The notes under the pieces are model-generated. The model made no database searches. It was given only the letters and a program-made list of their open reading frames with translations, and was not told the DNA's origin. From positions 1-31,387 of the forward strand of contig JANOQI010000029.1 in assembly GCA_031414775.1 (NCBI GenBank): DNA of 31,387 nucleotides, in the 5' to 3' direction. The stretch comes from Synechococcales cyanobacterium VAR_4_metabat_354 (GTDB lineage: Bacteria; Cyanobacteriota; Cyanobacteriia; Cyanobacteriales; Chamaesiphonaceae). Each line of letters starts with the position of its first letter. Position 1 is the stretch's first letter. Shown one piece after another: positions 9,488-19,538 of the stretch. The position numbers were made by a program, and so were the translations under genes.

Positions 9488-10435
9488 CTAAGGAATTGCC
9501 ACCTCTTGTAGGAGTTGATCGACAATCTGACTACTGCGCTTGCTGCCGTTGGTGACAATTCGATGAGTGAACACATAGGGAGCCAAGAATTTCACATCAT
9601 CAGGAATAGTGTAGTCACGACCTTTAATTAAAGCGCGTGCTTGCGCTGCTTGGTAAAGGGCAATTGTCCCGCGCGGACTCACTCCCAATGACACATCACT
9701 ATGTTGACGGGTGGCTTGTACTAAATTCACAATGTACTGTTGGACAGAAGACTCTACATACACTGCCCGACATTGTTGAGTGAGTGCTGTGAGTTGCTCT
9801 AGCGTTAAACAAGTGCCGGAGTGTTCGCCGCTTTCTCGCGCAGCAATTCCTTGGAGCATCCGTAACTCTTCATCTACTGTTGGGTAGCCCAAGCTCAAAC
9901 AGACCATGAACCGATCCATCTGTGCTTCTGGCAGCGGGAAGGTGCCCTGGTATTCCACTGGGTTTTGGGTGGCAATCACGAAAAATGGTCGATCGACTGG
10001 TCTCGTTTGGCCGTCGATTGTGACCTGCTGTTCGGCCATTACTTCTAGTAAAGCCGACTGGGTGCGGGGCGTAGCTCGGTTGATTTCGTCAGCCAGTAAA
10101 ATATTAGTAAAAATTGGGCCGGCCAAAAATTCAAATTCGCGGTTACTCGGATTCCAAATGTTCGTCCCAGTCAGATCGGTTGGTAGCAAATCGGGCGTAC
10201 ATTGAATTCGCTGATACTGACCATCGATCGATCGCGCTAAGGACTTGGCCAAGACGGTCTTTCCTACTCCGGGCACATCTTCTAGTAATACATGACCACC
10301 GGCTAGAAAAGCTGTTAACAATAGCTCGATCGGCTTTTCTTTGCCGACAATTGTTTGGCCGAGATGAGCTTGGAGCTGTTGAATAGATTTAACTAACGTT
10401 GGTGTAGATGGTGGCGCAATAGATGGAGTGGGCAT
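9488..10435 (-). CDS. MoxR family AAA+ ATPase
   Basis: HVLLEDVPGVGKT, RIQCTPDLLPTD, LADEINRATPRTQSALLE, ATQNPVEYQGTFPLPEAQMDRF. Likely start is ATG 10435 (avoids overlap with ribF). Confidence 0.93.
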   Translation of the reverse strand: MPTPSIAPPSTPTLVKSIQQLQAHLGQTIVGKEKPIELLLTAFLAGGHVLLEDVPGVGKTVLAKSLARSIDGQYQRIQCTPDLLPTDLTGTNIWNPSNREFEFLAGPIFTNILLADEINRATPRTQSALLEVMAEQQVTIDGQTRPVDRPFFVIATQNPVEYQGTFPLPEAQMDRFMVCLSLGYPTVDEELRMLQGIAARESGEHSGTCLTLEQLTALTQQCRAVYVESSVQQYIVNLVQATRQHSDVSLGVSPRGTIALYQAAQARALIKGRDYTIPDDVKFLAPYVFTHRIVTNGSKRSSQIVDQLLQEVAIP

Positions 10436-10458
10436 AAAGATCGAGGGCAACAATATCC

Positions 10459-11382
10459 TTAAGTCTTCCCCATTTCTTGATAAAAACTTTGTGCTGCTTC
10501 GCAATCGGCCTGAATTTGAGCTGTCAGCTCGTTTAACCCGGCAAATTTTTGCTCCGATCGCAGGAACTGATCTAAATAAATAGTGATCTGCTGATCGTAG
10601 ATATCACCAGACCAGTTCAATAAATGCACTTCGACGGTAGTATTTTGACCATTGACCGTGGGACGTTTCCCAATATTCATTACGGCAGGTAATTGTTGGT
10701 GTTGCTCGGTATTGACTCGCACACAATAAACGCCCAAGTGCGGTAAAAACTTTTCCGGGGGATAGTCGATGTTGGCGGTGGGGAATCCCAGAGTGCGGCC
10801 TAATTGCTGACCGGCTACTACCCGACCAGATAAGCTATAACTTCTGCCTAACAGCCGACTAGCTTCTGCTAAATCACGATTGAGCAATGCCGACCGAATT
10901 CGAGAGCTGCCAATGCGGGAGTTTTGATCGATCGCTAGTTCTACAATGTTGGTTTCAATGTCGTATTTAGCTGCCAATCTTTGAAGAAGTTGGGCGTTTC
11001 CTTGCCGTTGATAACCAAAATGGAAGTCAGCCCCGATCGTAATGCGGCGAGCAGCCAGCTGCTGGTGCAGAATTTTCTCGACAAATTCTGGGGGAGTCAA
11101 GTTGGCCAATGCTTGGTTAAAGTTTAGTAACACCAGTTGTTCAATCCCTAACTCTCCCAAAAATTGGGCTTTCTCGGCCACCGTCGTCAGAAATTGGCGA
11201 GGCTGCCCAGAAAAAAATTCCTGGGGATGGGGGTGAAAGCTGACAATGGTAGGAATTAGCCCGGAAGATGCTTGCAAAACTAATTGAATAACCTGCTGAT
11301 GACCGCAGTGCACCCCGTCAAAGTTACCCAAGGCGATGGTGGTGGGCTTTGAAACAGTTGCCAACGTTAAATGAATCTGCAC
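10459..11382 (-). CDS. ribF: Bifunctional riboflavin kinase/FAD synthetase
   Basis: ALGNFDGVHCGHQ, SSRIR, GRTLGFPTAN, NIGKRPTV, EVHLL motifs. Confidence 0.96.
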   Translation of the reverse strand: MQIHLTLATVSKPTTIALGNFDGVHCGHQQVIQLVLQASSGLIPTIVSFHPHPQEFFSGQPRQFLTTVAEKAQFLGELGIEQLVLLNFNQALANLTPPEFVEKILHQQLAARRITIGADFHFGYQRQGNAQLLQRLAAKYDIETNIVELAIDQNSRIGSSRIRSALLNRDLAEASRLLGRSYSLSGRVVAGQQLGRTLGFPTANIDYPPEKFLPHLGVYCVRVNTEQHQQLPAVMNIGKRPTVNGQNTTVEVHLLNWSGDIYDQQITIYLDQFLRSEQKFAGLNELTAQIQADCEAAQSFYQEMGKT

Positions 11383-11693
11383 GCTGGTAATTTCCTAATT
11401 TATAAGCCCTTTTGGTGCGAATTAGTATGATAACGGAATTGATAATTCGATACAAGCTGTCAATTTTGAATGATGGGGCAGTGGCATGGCTTGCAAAATA
11501 TCTGAAAACAGCATTGTCTTGCCACTGTAATTATTACAGAGTATTACTTTCAGTATTTTTCTGTCAATTTAGACGGGGATCAATATTAATCGTGCGATCG
11601 ATCACATCCAATTTATTTCCTGATGTTCATGGTTTGGGGCGAATAAACAAATAAGTAAATCAATAAATCATCATAATTTGGTAGCAACTCCAT

Positions 11694-14600
11694 ATGTTTG
11701 AAAATCAAAGCAACGCCCAAAATGTTTTGCTCGGCTCGGGCATTCAATTTTTCACCGGAGCGGTTTCTAACTATGACGGCGTAGACTATTACAAACTACA
11801 AGTGAATAGTCGTAGTAGTCTAAACCTGAGTTTGTCTGAATTGACTGGAGATGCCAATGTTTATTTACTAGATAGTGCTGGTGCGTCGTTAGATTTCTCT
11901 ACTCTAACTGGCAACAGTTCAGAGGCGATTAACACTACGCTGGATGCGGGGACTTATTTTGTTAAAGTCGATTTTGCTAGAGACAATCAAGGCGCAGCGA
12001 ATCTGCCATACCAGTTAGCGATTGCTAACAATTCGATTTTTAGCAATATTGATGACAAGAATCCTAATGGTCAAAAGTTTTATGCTGGAGATTTTAACGG
12101 TGATGGTATTCAGGATATCTTTCGTCAAGAACGCGGGAATTTGGTCGATGGCGATAAAGATGCCGAAGTTTTATTAGGAAATGTTGCCGGAGGATTCGAC
12201 ACCATCCAAATTGCCAATGCTGAGTTATTCCAAGGCAACAAGAACCGATTGGTTTTGGGAGATTTCAACGGCGATGGCCAGACCGATATCATTCGTCAGG
12301 AATACGATGGCTGGGTAGATGGAGTTAGCAAAACTCAATTCGTTTCTTTCCAGGATGGAAATTTTCAGGTAGTGGCCGATCTCCAAGATATGAATATGAT
12401 GCGGGGAGATTTGACCAATCTGATTGCCGGAGATTTTAATGGTGATGGTCGGGACGATTTAATTCGCCAAGAAAAAGGTGGATTGGTTGATGGTAATCGC
12501 GATGTAGAGCTATATATTTCCGACGGTAAGTTTAAGTGGTCTAGTCAGAAGGTCTTACCTAACTCGCCCACACTGAATGGTAATGACACCTTACTGGTAG
12601 CTGGAGATTTTATTGCCGGTGGTGGTAAAGACTTAATACGGATCGAGACTAATAGCACTTTGATTGACGGGATTGGGGATATTCAGTATCTTTCCTACAA
12701 AAATGGCAACATGTTAGTGGCTGGTAACAACCCTACTAATATTGCGCCTAAAGCTCCCTTGATTAATGGTGTGAAGTCTAGTTACGATGCTAACTCTACC
12801 CTCACTCTGACTAATAGTTATGTTTTTGATAGTAATGGTTGGAAAGATGTTAGTAAAGTGGATTTCTGGCTGACTAATGCTCAGGGGCAGCGGATTGAGT
12901 TGAAAGATGCTAGTGGTTTTACATCTTACAATGCCAACTACTCACAATTTAAATACAGTACTAGTCTCAGTGGGATTGCCGTAGGTGCGTATAAGCTAAA
13001 TGCGGTAGCTTATGATAAAGCTGGATCAGCAAGTAATCAGTTTACTAAATCCTTTAAAATTATTAATAATGCACCGCAATCTTTACTGATTAATGGCCTG
13101 AAGTCTAGCTATGATGCTAACTCTACTCTATCGATCGATAGCGGTTCGATCACTGATAATAATGGCTGGCAAGATGTTAGTAAGGTGGATTTCTGGCTGA
13201 CTAATGCTAAGGGGCAGCGGATTGAATTAGATGATGCTAATAGCTTTGCTGCTAAGAGTCAAAATTCTGCTAAGTTTAGTTACAATGCTAGTCTCGATGG
13301 CATCGCAGTTGGCAATTACAAGTTAAATGCGGTTGCTTACGATCAAGCTGGGGCGATGAGTAAGCAGTTTGCTCAATCCTTTAAAGTTATTAATAACGCG
13401 CCTCAAATTTTACTAATTAATGGTGTGAAATCTAGCTATGATTTAAACTCTACTCTATTGATCGATAGCGGTTCGATTACCGACAATAATGGTTGGAAAG
13501 ATGTTAGTAAAGTAGATTTTTGGCTGACAAATTCCCAGGGAAAACGGATTGAATTAGATGATGTCAAAAGTTTTACTACTAATGGCCAAAATTCAGCTAA
13601 ATTTAATTACAGCACTAGTCTCCAGGGTCTGACCGTGGGCAATTATAGACTCAATGCTGTAGCTTATGATCAATCTGGGGTGGTGAGCAATCAGGTTACT
13701 AAGTCATTTGCCATTGGAGATCCTGATTGGTTTATTTTAAACTTAAAAGATGCTGATACGATCGATCTAGTTCGGGCATCAGCACAAGATGGAAAACTGG
13801 ATCGGAATGAGGTACTTGCTATTCTTAAAGGAATGAAAGATGGTGGCGTAGTTAATGACTCTGAGCTTTCTGATCTGAAAAGCTTGATCGCAACTAACGA
13901 TAATAATCTATTCACAATGTCTGACTCGGTTCGCTACTTGTCTAACAAAATTGCGATCGAATCTGCTCCTAACTTCACCACTGAGCAATTTGAGTCGGCG
14001 ATCGGCAAGTGGTTCAAAGGAACGGTTGCTCCCACTGCCAAATTCAATGGAATAACCATCCAGTACGAGCGAGTTACCGGCAGCTTATTTGGAAAGAGTA
14101 ATCAAGCCCGCATTGGGGATATCGATCAGGGCGGTCTGAATGATTGTGTATTGCTGGCATCTTTAGCCGCAACGTTTGCCTCTCAATCGAATGATGCTGG
14201 TAATAGTAGTAGCCAAGTTATTAACGATATGCTTATCGATAATGGCGACAATACTTACTCCGTGCGCTTCTACAACCAAAATCAAAAAGCGGAATGGGTA
14301 ACAGTCGATAATCGATTAGCTAAAGAACAGCAAAATGTCTTGAGAGCAAGTAAGAGCGGTGGCTTGTGGGTACCAATTATTGAAAAAGCTTACGCTCAGT
14401 GGTTTGAACTCAATAAAGACCCCAAAGACTTGAGTACCAAAACTGGCTGGGATATTATCGGCAATGGTGACTATTACAGCGTTGGTTTGCAGCGCATCAC
14501 CGGTCGTACTAATCAATACCATTGGAAAGATGGCGGTTCTAGCGACTATAGCTTTAATCTAATTAAAGAATCCCTCGCCAAAGGACAGGCAATTCTGGCC

Positions 14601-14825
14601 GGTAATGCACAGGATAGTTCTAAATTTATTCTTAACCATGCCTATAGTGTGACCAATGCTTATCTGGATAGCAATGGTAAGGAGCGGGTAGTAGTTCGTA
14701 ATCCCTGGGGAATCGATAAAAGAAATGAAAAAGGCTATAGTGTCGCTGTGACAGGCTCTAATGATGGATTTGTTGACTTGTCGTTTAGTGAGTTTCGGAG
14801 CTTCACCGAAGTTAATATTGCTTAG
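11694..14825 (+). CDS. Large modular protein: PPC domain, FG-GAP/VCBS repeats, three Ig-like repeats, calpain-like (C2) cysteine peptidase
   Basis: N-terminal DYYK..LSELTGDANVYLLD..GTYFVKV (PPC); three GDFNGDG motifs; three 109-aa repeats; C-terminal IDQGGLNDC, EKAYA, NHAYSV, RNPWG catalytic motifs. Confidence 0.82.
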   Translation: MFENQSNAQNVLLGSGIQFFTGAVSNYDGVDYYKLQVNSRSSLNLSLSELTGDANVYLLDSAGASLDFSTLTGNSSEAINTTLDAGTYFVKVDFARDNQGAANLPYQLAIANNSIFSNIDDKNPNGQKFYAGDFNGDGIQDIFRQERGNLVDGDKDAEVLLGNVAGGFDTIQIANAELFQGNKNRLVLGDFNGDGQTDIIRQEYDGWVDGVSKTQFVSFQDGNFQVVADLQDMNMMRGDLTNLIAGDFNGDGRDDLIRQEKGGLVDGNRDVELYISDGKFKWSSQKVLPNSPTLNGNDTLLVAGDFIAGGGKDLIRIETNSTLIDGIGDIQYLSYKNGNMLVAGNNPTNIAPKAPLINGVKSSYDANSTLTLTNSYVFDSNGWKDVSKVDFWLTNAQGQRIELKDASGFTSYNANYSQFKYSTSLSGIAVGAYKLNAVAYDKAGSASNQFTKSFKIINNAPQSLLINGLKSSYDANSTLSIDSGSITDNNGWQDVSKVDFWLTNAKGQRIELDDANSFAAKSQNSAKFSYNASLDGIAVGNYKLNAVAYDQAGAMSKQFAQSFKVINNAPQILLINGVKSSYDLNSTLLIDSGSITDNNGWKDVSKVDFWLTNSQGKRIELDDVKSFTTNGQNSAKFNYSTSLQGLTVGNYRLNAVAYDQSGVVSNQVTKSFAIGDPDWFILNLKDADTIDLVRASAQDGKLDRNEVLAILKGMKDGGVVNDSELSDLKSLIATNDNNLFTMSDSVRYLSNKIAIESAPNFTTEQFESAIGKWFKGTVAPTAKFNGITIQYERVTGSLFGKSNQARIGDIDQGGLNDCVLLASLAATFASQSNDAGNSSSQVINDMLIDNGDNTYSVRFYNQNQKAEWVTVDNRLAKEQQNVLRASKSGGLWVPIIEKAYAQWFELNKDPKDLSTKTGWDIIGNGDYYSVGLQRITGRTNQYHWKDGGSSDYSFNLIKESLAKGQAILAGNAQDSSKFILNHAYSVTNAYLDSNGKERVVVRNPWGIDKRNEKGYSVAVTGSNDGFVDLSFSEFRSFTEVNIA
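12740..13715 (+). repeat. Three tandem intragenic repeats with a 327-bp (109-aa) period
   Basis: ATTAATGG anchors at 12762, 13089 and 13416; each unit carries NGWxDVSKVDFWLTNxxGxRIEL and YxLNAVAYD. Boundaries approximate. Confidence 0.9.
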
Positions 14826-14837
14826 CTAACTAGTGTT

Positions 14838-14898
14838 TTAATCCAGAATCAGCTAGTTATTTATTTATGATAAAACCAACTAGCTGATTTTGGATTAA
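14838..14898. terminator. 21-bp inverted repeat downstream of the peptidase gene
   Basis: TTAATCCAGAATCAGCTAGTT ... AACTAGCTGATTTTGGATTAA, with one G-U pair and a 19-nt loop. Confidence 0.65.
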
Positions 14899-15070
14899 GA
14901 AACCTTAGAAAAGTCTGAATAATAAACAAAAACTTTCTGTCTTACGGCTTTTGACGCAACTAGCACTGATGTTCTTTTGTAGTTATGAAAAATATGCTAC
15001 AGTCTGTCTTCAGAAAGTCATTTACTCCAGGACTAGCTCAATACTCTACTTAAGTTTAGGAATTTTTTAG

Positions 15071-16255
15071 ATGCCTGATATCAGCTCCACAGATCTGGCT
15101 TTACCGCTGCACCCGACTTTCTCTAGTAGGCCAGTACGTATTCTTCATGTCGTTGGTGGTATGAATCGTGCCGGAGTTGAAATGTGGTTGATGAACATCC
15201 TCCGACGGATCGATCGAACTCAGTTTCAGATGGATTTCTTGGTTCATTCCGACCAACATTATGCTTTTACTGATGAAATCAAATCCCTCGGCAGTCAAAT
15301 TATTCCGTGTCCAGAATTATCTCGACCTTGGCTTTATGCTGGCGATTTTAAACGCATTACTCAACAGTATGGTCCTTACGACATCATTCACAGTCATAGC
15401 CATTATTTTGGAGGTTTTGTCATGTGGCTGGCCAAACAGGCTGGCATCCCAATTCGGATTGTGCATGGTCATCTAGACTCATCTTCCTATGAATCTAATC
15501 TCAGCTTTTCTAGACATCTTTATCGTTCTTTGATGAAGTGGTTGATTTCCCGTCATGCTAATCATCAGATTGCCTGTAGTGAGCAATCGGCTCTAGATTT
15601 GTTTGGTTTGAGCTGGCATCAAGGCGGAATGATTTTGCCTTATGGTATTGATTTAACTCCATTTGAACAGACTATAGATGCCAGTCAATTACGTGCCGAG
15701 CTAAATATCCCTGATGATGTATTTGTTATTGGTCATGTTGGCAGATTTGATATTCAAAAAAACCACACTTTTTTACTAGATATCGTTGCAGAAATTGTTA
15801 AAAAAGATCCGAATATAAGATTGCTAGCAGTCGGAGATGGTGCTTTACGGTCTGATATTGAGCAGAAAATTGACCGCTTGAATTTAAGAGATTACGTCAT
15901 TCTTACTGGGGTTCGTTCCGATACTGGTCAGTTGATGCAGAACATTATGGATGTATTTTTATTTCCCTCTCTGTACGAAGGACTAAGTTTAGTTACGCTA
16001 GATGCCCAAGCAGCAGGTTTACCATGTGTCTTTTCTGATGTAGTTTCCGAAAAGGCTGATGTAATAAATTCTTTGATGTATAGAATGTCATTAACTCAAT
16101 CTGTTTCAGCTTGGGCTGAAGCAGTTTTGTCACTTAGATATAAAAAATTAGAAGTTAGTAAATTGGACTCTCTCAATGCTATGAAACGGAGCAGATTTAA
16201 TATCGATAATAATGTCCAAGAGCTATCTGATTTGTATACTTCCCTGATCACCTAG
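15071..16255 (+). CDS. Glycosyltransferase, GT-B fold (GT4, EpsF-like)
   Basis: RILHVVGGMNRAGVE, GHVGRFDIQKNH, DVFLFPSLYEGLSLVTLDAQAAGLP. Confidence 0.9.
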   Translation: MPDISSTDLALPLHPTFSSRPVRILHVVGGMNRAGVEMWLMNILRRIDRTQFQMDFLVHSDQHYAFTDEIKSLGSQIIPCPELSRPWLYAGDFKRITQQYGPYDIIHSHSHYFGGFVMWLAKQAGIPIRIVHGHLDSSSYESNLSFSRHLYRSLMKWLISRHANHQIACSEQSALDLFGLSWHQGGMILPYGIDLTPFEQTIDASQLRAELNIPDDVFVIGHVGRFDIQKNHTFLLDIVAEIVKKDPNIRLLAVGDGALRSDIEQKIDRLNLRDYVILTGVRSDTGQLMQNIMDVFLFPSLYEGLSLVTLDAQAAGLPCVFSDVVSEKADVINSLMYRMSLTQSVSAWAEAVLSLRYKKLEVSKLDSLNAMKRSRFNIDNNVQELSDLYTSLIT

Positions 16256-16273
16256 GTGGCGATTGATCACAAA

Positions 16274-16792
16274 TTACTTCGGCAACTGGTTTTTGAGCGA
16301 TGCCAGACCACTCCAGCGACCATCTAGTGAGATGGGAGTGATCTCTGCTGCTGGGGCTGTAACATTTTTAGCTAAACCCGGACACTTCTGATCACAGAGT
16401 TGCCGGTGCGGAAAAGCTAGGCATAACTGTTCGTATAGCCATTCTTCTGTGTTGAAATGACCATTGGGTGTTAAAGATTCGATTAAATCATCAAAATCTA
16501 CGCGTAGCTCGATCGGACCTTGATAATCTTCACCCGCTGCCGCATCAAGCCAAATAATTTCGTTAGCATCTAACTTTAACCGTTGGTTGTACTGGTTCAA
16601 GCATCGATCGCAAGTTAAATTAACAATGGTATCAGCGGTAGCCGAGACATCTAAGAAAGTACCCTGATGCTTAATTACCATCTCACCCCTTACTGGAGTT
16701 AGAGTTGCTAAGTCTAATACCGACTGATCGATCGGAATTTTGAGGGTGTGATCTTCACAGCGTAGCAGGTGAGGAATAAAAACTGTTTCCAT
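16274..16792 (-). CDS. YceD/DUF177 family protein
   Basis: LTCDRCL, LCxxxCPGL and DGRWSGL motifs; usual position after jag in cyanobacteria. Confidence 0.88.
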   Translation of the reverse strand: METVFIPHLLRCEDHTLKIPIDQSVLDLATLTPVRGEMVIKHQGTFLDVSATADTIVNLTCDRCLNQYNQRLKLDANEIIWLDAAAGEDYQGPIELRVDFDDLIESLTPNGHFNTEEWLYEQLCLAFPHRQLCDQKCPGLAKNVTAPAAEITPISLDGRWSGLASLKNQLPK

Positions 16793-16810
16793 GGAATTAG
16801 CTACTTTAGG

Positions 16811-17311
16811 TTACGAATTCTCAGGACTGTTAGCTAACTTCACCACCAATCTTCGGTCGGCCTCTAGACCGCGACTATAGGTAGAAAGATCGGCGTAATC
16901 AGATTCCAGCTCAAAGAAACTGTGGAGTTGGCGGCGTTCAGCTCCAGACAAAGGAGGCATCACATATTCTTCGCCAGTTTGACGGACATGGGCGGCTGCT
17001 TGATCGGCGATTGCCCGTAGTTCAGTGGTGCGGCGGAGGCGATATTCGTTCAATTCCACTACAAAAGGGATAGTTTCTTCGCTATTAGGCAGAGTCGCAT
17101 TTACCAAATATTGAATGGCATCGATCGTTGCTCCTTCGGCGCCAATTAGACTATCCACTTGCAGAGAGGTGAGCGGATCGTGATTGATCGTCAGCCACAG
17201 ATAATGTCGATCGGTCGGCGGTTGCTGAATATCAACTGGGGTGTTGACCCCAGAGAGCTGTAATAGCTCTGTCATCCACTGTTGACCTTGGACTAGACGT
17301 TGTTGGCTCAT
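16811..17311 (-). CDS. jag: Jag/KhpB-like KH-R3H RNA-binding protein
   Basis: [15 protein letters not shown] (KH) and ERRQLH (R3H); follows yidC. Confidence 0.85.
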   Translation of the reverse strand: MSQQRLVQGQQWMTELLQLSGVNTPVDIQQPPTDRHYLWLTINHDPLTSLQVDSLIGAEGATIDAIQYLVNATLPNSEETIPFVVELNEYRLRRTTELRAIADQAAAHVRQTGEEYVMPPLSGAERRQLHSFFELESDYADLSTYSRGLEADRRLVVKLANSPENS

Positions 17312-18483
17312 GAGGTAGATTTTTTCTTAGAGGTGTTTTTCTCGAAGGGGAGACTTTCCCGACCTTCCTTGGCTTTTTGCTCTTTTTCTTGAGCGTCCAC
17401 GATTTTTTGCAAATCTTCTGGCAAGGGTTCTCTAGAGAGAATGTAAGTTTGGGCTGTCTGGAAGATGTTGGCAATTACCATATACATCAGAACCCCAGCT
17501 GGCAAGGGGAAGAACAAAAACATCCCAGAAAAAATAATTGGGGTGAATTTAGTAGCGGCTTGCTGGCTAGCGGCCATTTCAGGGTTAGCTGAACCACTGG
17601 CATTGCCCTGGCTATTAGTAAGATTTTGACTCACATACAAACTGATACCAAAGAAAATAATCATTCCCAACACATCCCAATGGATTTTCCCATCAGGATC
17701 CATTGCCCCAACGTGACCCAGCGCGTCAATAAACAAAAAACCAGTGTCGGCAGCAATTCCTGGTACTGTACCTTTGAGAGTTACATCGCCAGCAGCGATC
17801 GCTTGAATACTGCCATCAGCGTTGACTTTGGCGTTTTCTTCGCCTTTAGTAATCGTCCAAGTGGGGACAATCTTAGAAGCAGGATATTGAGCGACTACAT
17901 CGGCTAATGGCTTGCCATCAACTGTTTTAAAGTCAATTTTGGCAGTTTTACCAATGCCTAAGGTATTACCAGTAGCTAATTCTGCAATTACTGGCGCATG
18001 GTAGTTGTCGCTAAAGTAAATATTGTGTGGCTCGCTAATGAAAGGTACTGCGGCTACTTGCACTTCTGCGGTGGCTGCTGGTGGTACAACTTGCAAATTA
18101 ACGGTGTAGTCCACATTTGAGAATGGCGATCCGCGTAAAGTGGCGAACAGCGCAAATAAAACGGGCATCTGAAACACTAATGGAAAGCAGCCAGATAGTG
18201 GATTGCCAAACTCTTTGTAGATGGCGCTCATTTCTTCTTGTTGCTTCGGCGGGTCATTCTTGTATTTTTCTTGGACTTCCTTAACCCGCTTTTGCATTAG
18301 TGGTTGAGCAATCTTGGTGCGCCGCATACTGCGAATCGAACCTGCACTCAACGGATAGAGCGCAAAGCGAATTACTAAGGTTAGAGCAACAATTGCTAGG
18401 CCATAGCTCGGTACAATCCCGTAGAAAAAATCTAGGATCGGCAACATGATGTTGTTCGAAATAAACCCAATACCAAAATCCAT
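17308..18483 (-). CDS. yidC: Membrane protein insertase YidC (cyanobacterial type)
   Basis: [53 protein letters not shown]. Confidence 0.96.
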   Translation of the reverse strand: MDFGIGFISNNIMLPILDFFYGIVPSYGLAIVALTLVIRFALYPLSAGSIRSMRRTKIAQPLMQKRVKEVQEKYKNDPPKQQEEMSAIYKEFGNPLSGCFPLVFQMPVLFALFATLRGSPFSNVDYTVNLQVVPPAATAEVQVAAVPFISEPHNIYFSDNYHAPVIAELATGNTLGIGKTAKIDFKTVDGKPLADVVAQYPASKIVPTWTITKGEENAKVNADGSIQAIAAGDVTLKGTVPGIAADTGFLFIDALGHVGAMDPDGKIHWDVLGMIIFFGISLYVSQNLTNSQGNASGSANPEMAASQQAATKFTPIIFSGMFLFFPLPAGVLMYMVIANIFQTAQTYILSREPLPEDLQKIVDAQEKEQKAKEGRESLPFEKNTSKKKSTS

Positions 18484-18549
18484 GAGTTCAGTCTGCTGTA
18501 AGAGGAAGAGGGCACACCACGATGGAGGAGCTGGTCGTGGCCACAGCTA

Positions 18550-18948
18550 TTAGCTAGCTTTCGCTAAAGATTTGAAAGGTTCGCCATTTTTGGCCTGAAC
18601 TTTTTCGTTGATGTAGTTGAAGATTTCTACATATTTAGGGATGGCTCGCAATTCTAGACGGCTACCGTCTTTCATTACCAATACCATATCGCCCCACATG
18701 CCTAAACCACGCGGGATTTTGATCGCATCCACAATGTCTGCATAGATAATGTCGGTGCGCTCCTGTCCCATCCAACCACCAACTACGGATACCCGCCGAT
18801 CAGTAATTTTAAACCTCAGCCAAATGGCGCGGACGATCGCGCCTACCGTCAAGGGAATAAAAACTACAAATGTGCCGAGAAAGATATTGAACAACAGATC
18901 CCCGATGTGTGGACCGCCTTCATAAAAAGTCTCTTCCCGAATTCCCAT
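18550..18948 (-). CDS. Bacterial PH-domain membrane protein
   Basis: MGIREETFYEGGPHIGDL N-terminus, the conserved cyanobacterial gene between rnpA and yidC. Confidence 0.8.
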   Translation of the reverse strand: MGIREETFYEGGPHIGDLLFNIFLGTFVVFIPLTVGAIVRAIWLRFKITDRRVSVVGGWMGQERTDIIYADIVDAIKIPRGLGMWGDMVLVMKDGSRLELRAIPKYVEIFNYINEKVQAKNGEPFKSLAKAS

Positions 18949-19303
18949 TGATTACCTCAAGTGCTACCAATATTTTTTTTAATTCTCGCAAAATTTCAGA
19001 ATATTCGCACTGGGTGATGCCTGATCGACAGCCAATGACCACCATTTTACCAGGCATAATCTGGGCTGCTAGTTGGCGTAAAGCTGCTTTGATGCGTCGT
19101 TTCACTAGATTGCGGACAACTGCTTTTTTGCTGATTTTTTTACCAATTACAATACCAAAGCGGGTTGTTGGTATTATTTCAGATTTACTAGAATTTAAAC
19201 AAGCTAAAACCGACATGTTGGTACTTGTCCGTCGTCGCCCCTGTTGATACACTCTTTGGAAATCGCGGCGGTGGCGCAGTCGATAGGCGCGCGGCAAAGA
19301 CAC
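18920..19303 (-). CDS. rnpA: Ribonuclease P protein component
   Basis: LPRAYRLRHRRDFQRVY and KKAVVRNLVKRRI (RNR motif); GTG start just after rpmH. Confidence 0.93.
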   Translation of the reverse strand: MSLPRAYRLRHRRDFQRVYQQGRRRTSTNMSVLACLNSSKSEIIPTTRFGIVIGKKISKKAVVRNLVKRRIKAALRQLAAQIMPGKMVVIGCRSGITQCEYSEILRELKKILVALEVINGNSGRDFL

Positions 19304-19310
19304 GAAAAGC

Positions 19311-19448
19311 CTAGACTGCTAAGCGTTTACGGCCTCTAGCGCGACGCGCTCTAATTACATTTTGGCCATTGCTAGTGCGCATCCGCGCTCTAAAACCAGA
19401 TGTTCTTTTTTGTTTGCGGTTAGTTCCGCCCAGAGTACGCTGTGTCAT
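19311..19448 (-). CDS. rpmH: 50S ribosomal protein L34 (absent from the ORF track)
   Basis: Hand translation: [45 protein letters not shown], 45 aa. Confidence 0.97.
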   Translation of the reverse strand: MTQRTLGGTNRKQKRTSGFRARMRTSNGQNVIRARRARGRKRLAV

Positions 19449-19538
19449 AATACGTTAGTTCTAGAAGTATTCGATTTCGGGCGAAAAGCCACAATTCACT
19501 AATATAGCAAATTTTCCCAGCAATCGCTGGTTCTTTCC

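Noticed and set aside
11412..11654. 80-aa ORF in the ribF-peptidase divergent gap
   Set aside because: TTG start, no clear RBS, atypical composition; probably promoter DNA.
12740..13715. Direct repeats as a CRISPR array or mobile element
   Set aside because: They are in-frame 327-bp coding repeats without unique spacers, and no cas genes are present.
19449..19538. oriC/dnaA next to rpmH
   Set aside because: The divergent gene is rsmB, and I see no DnaA boxes in the 90-bp gap.
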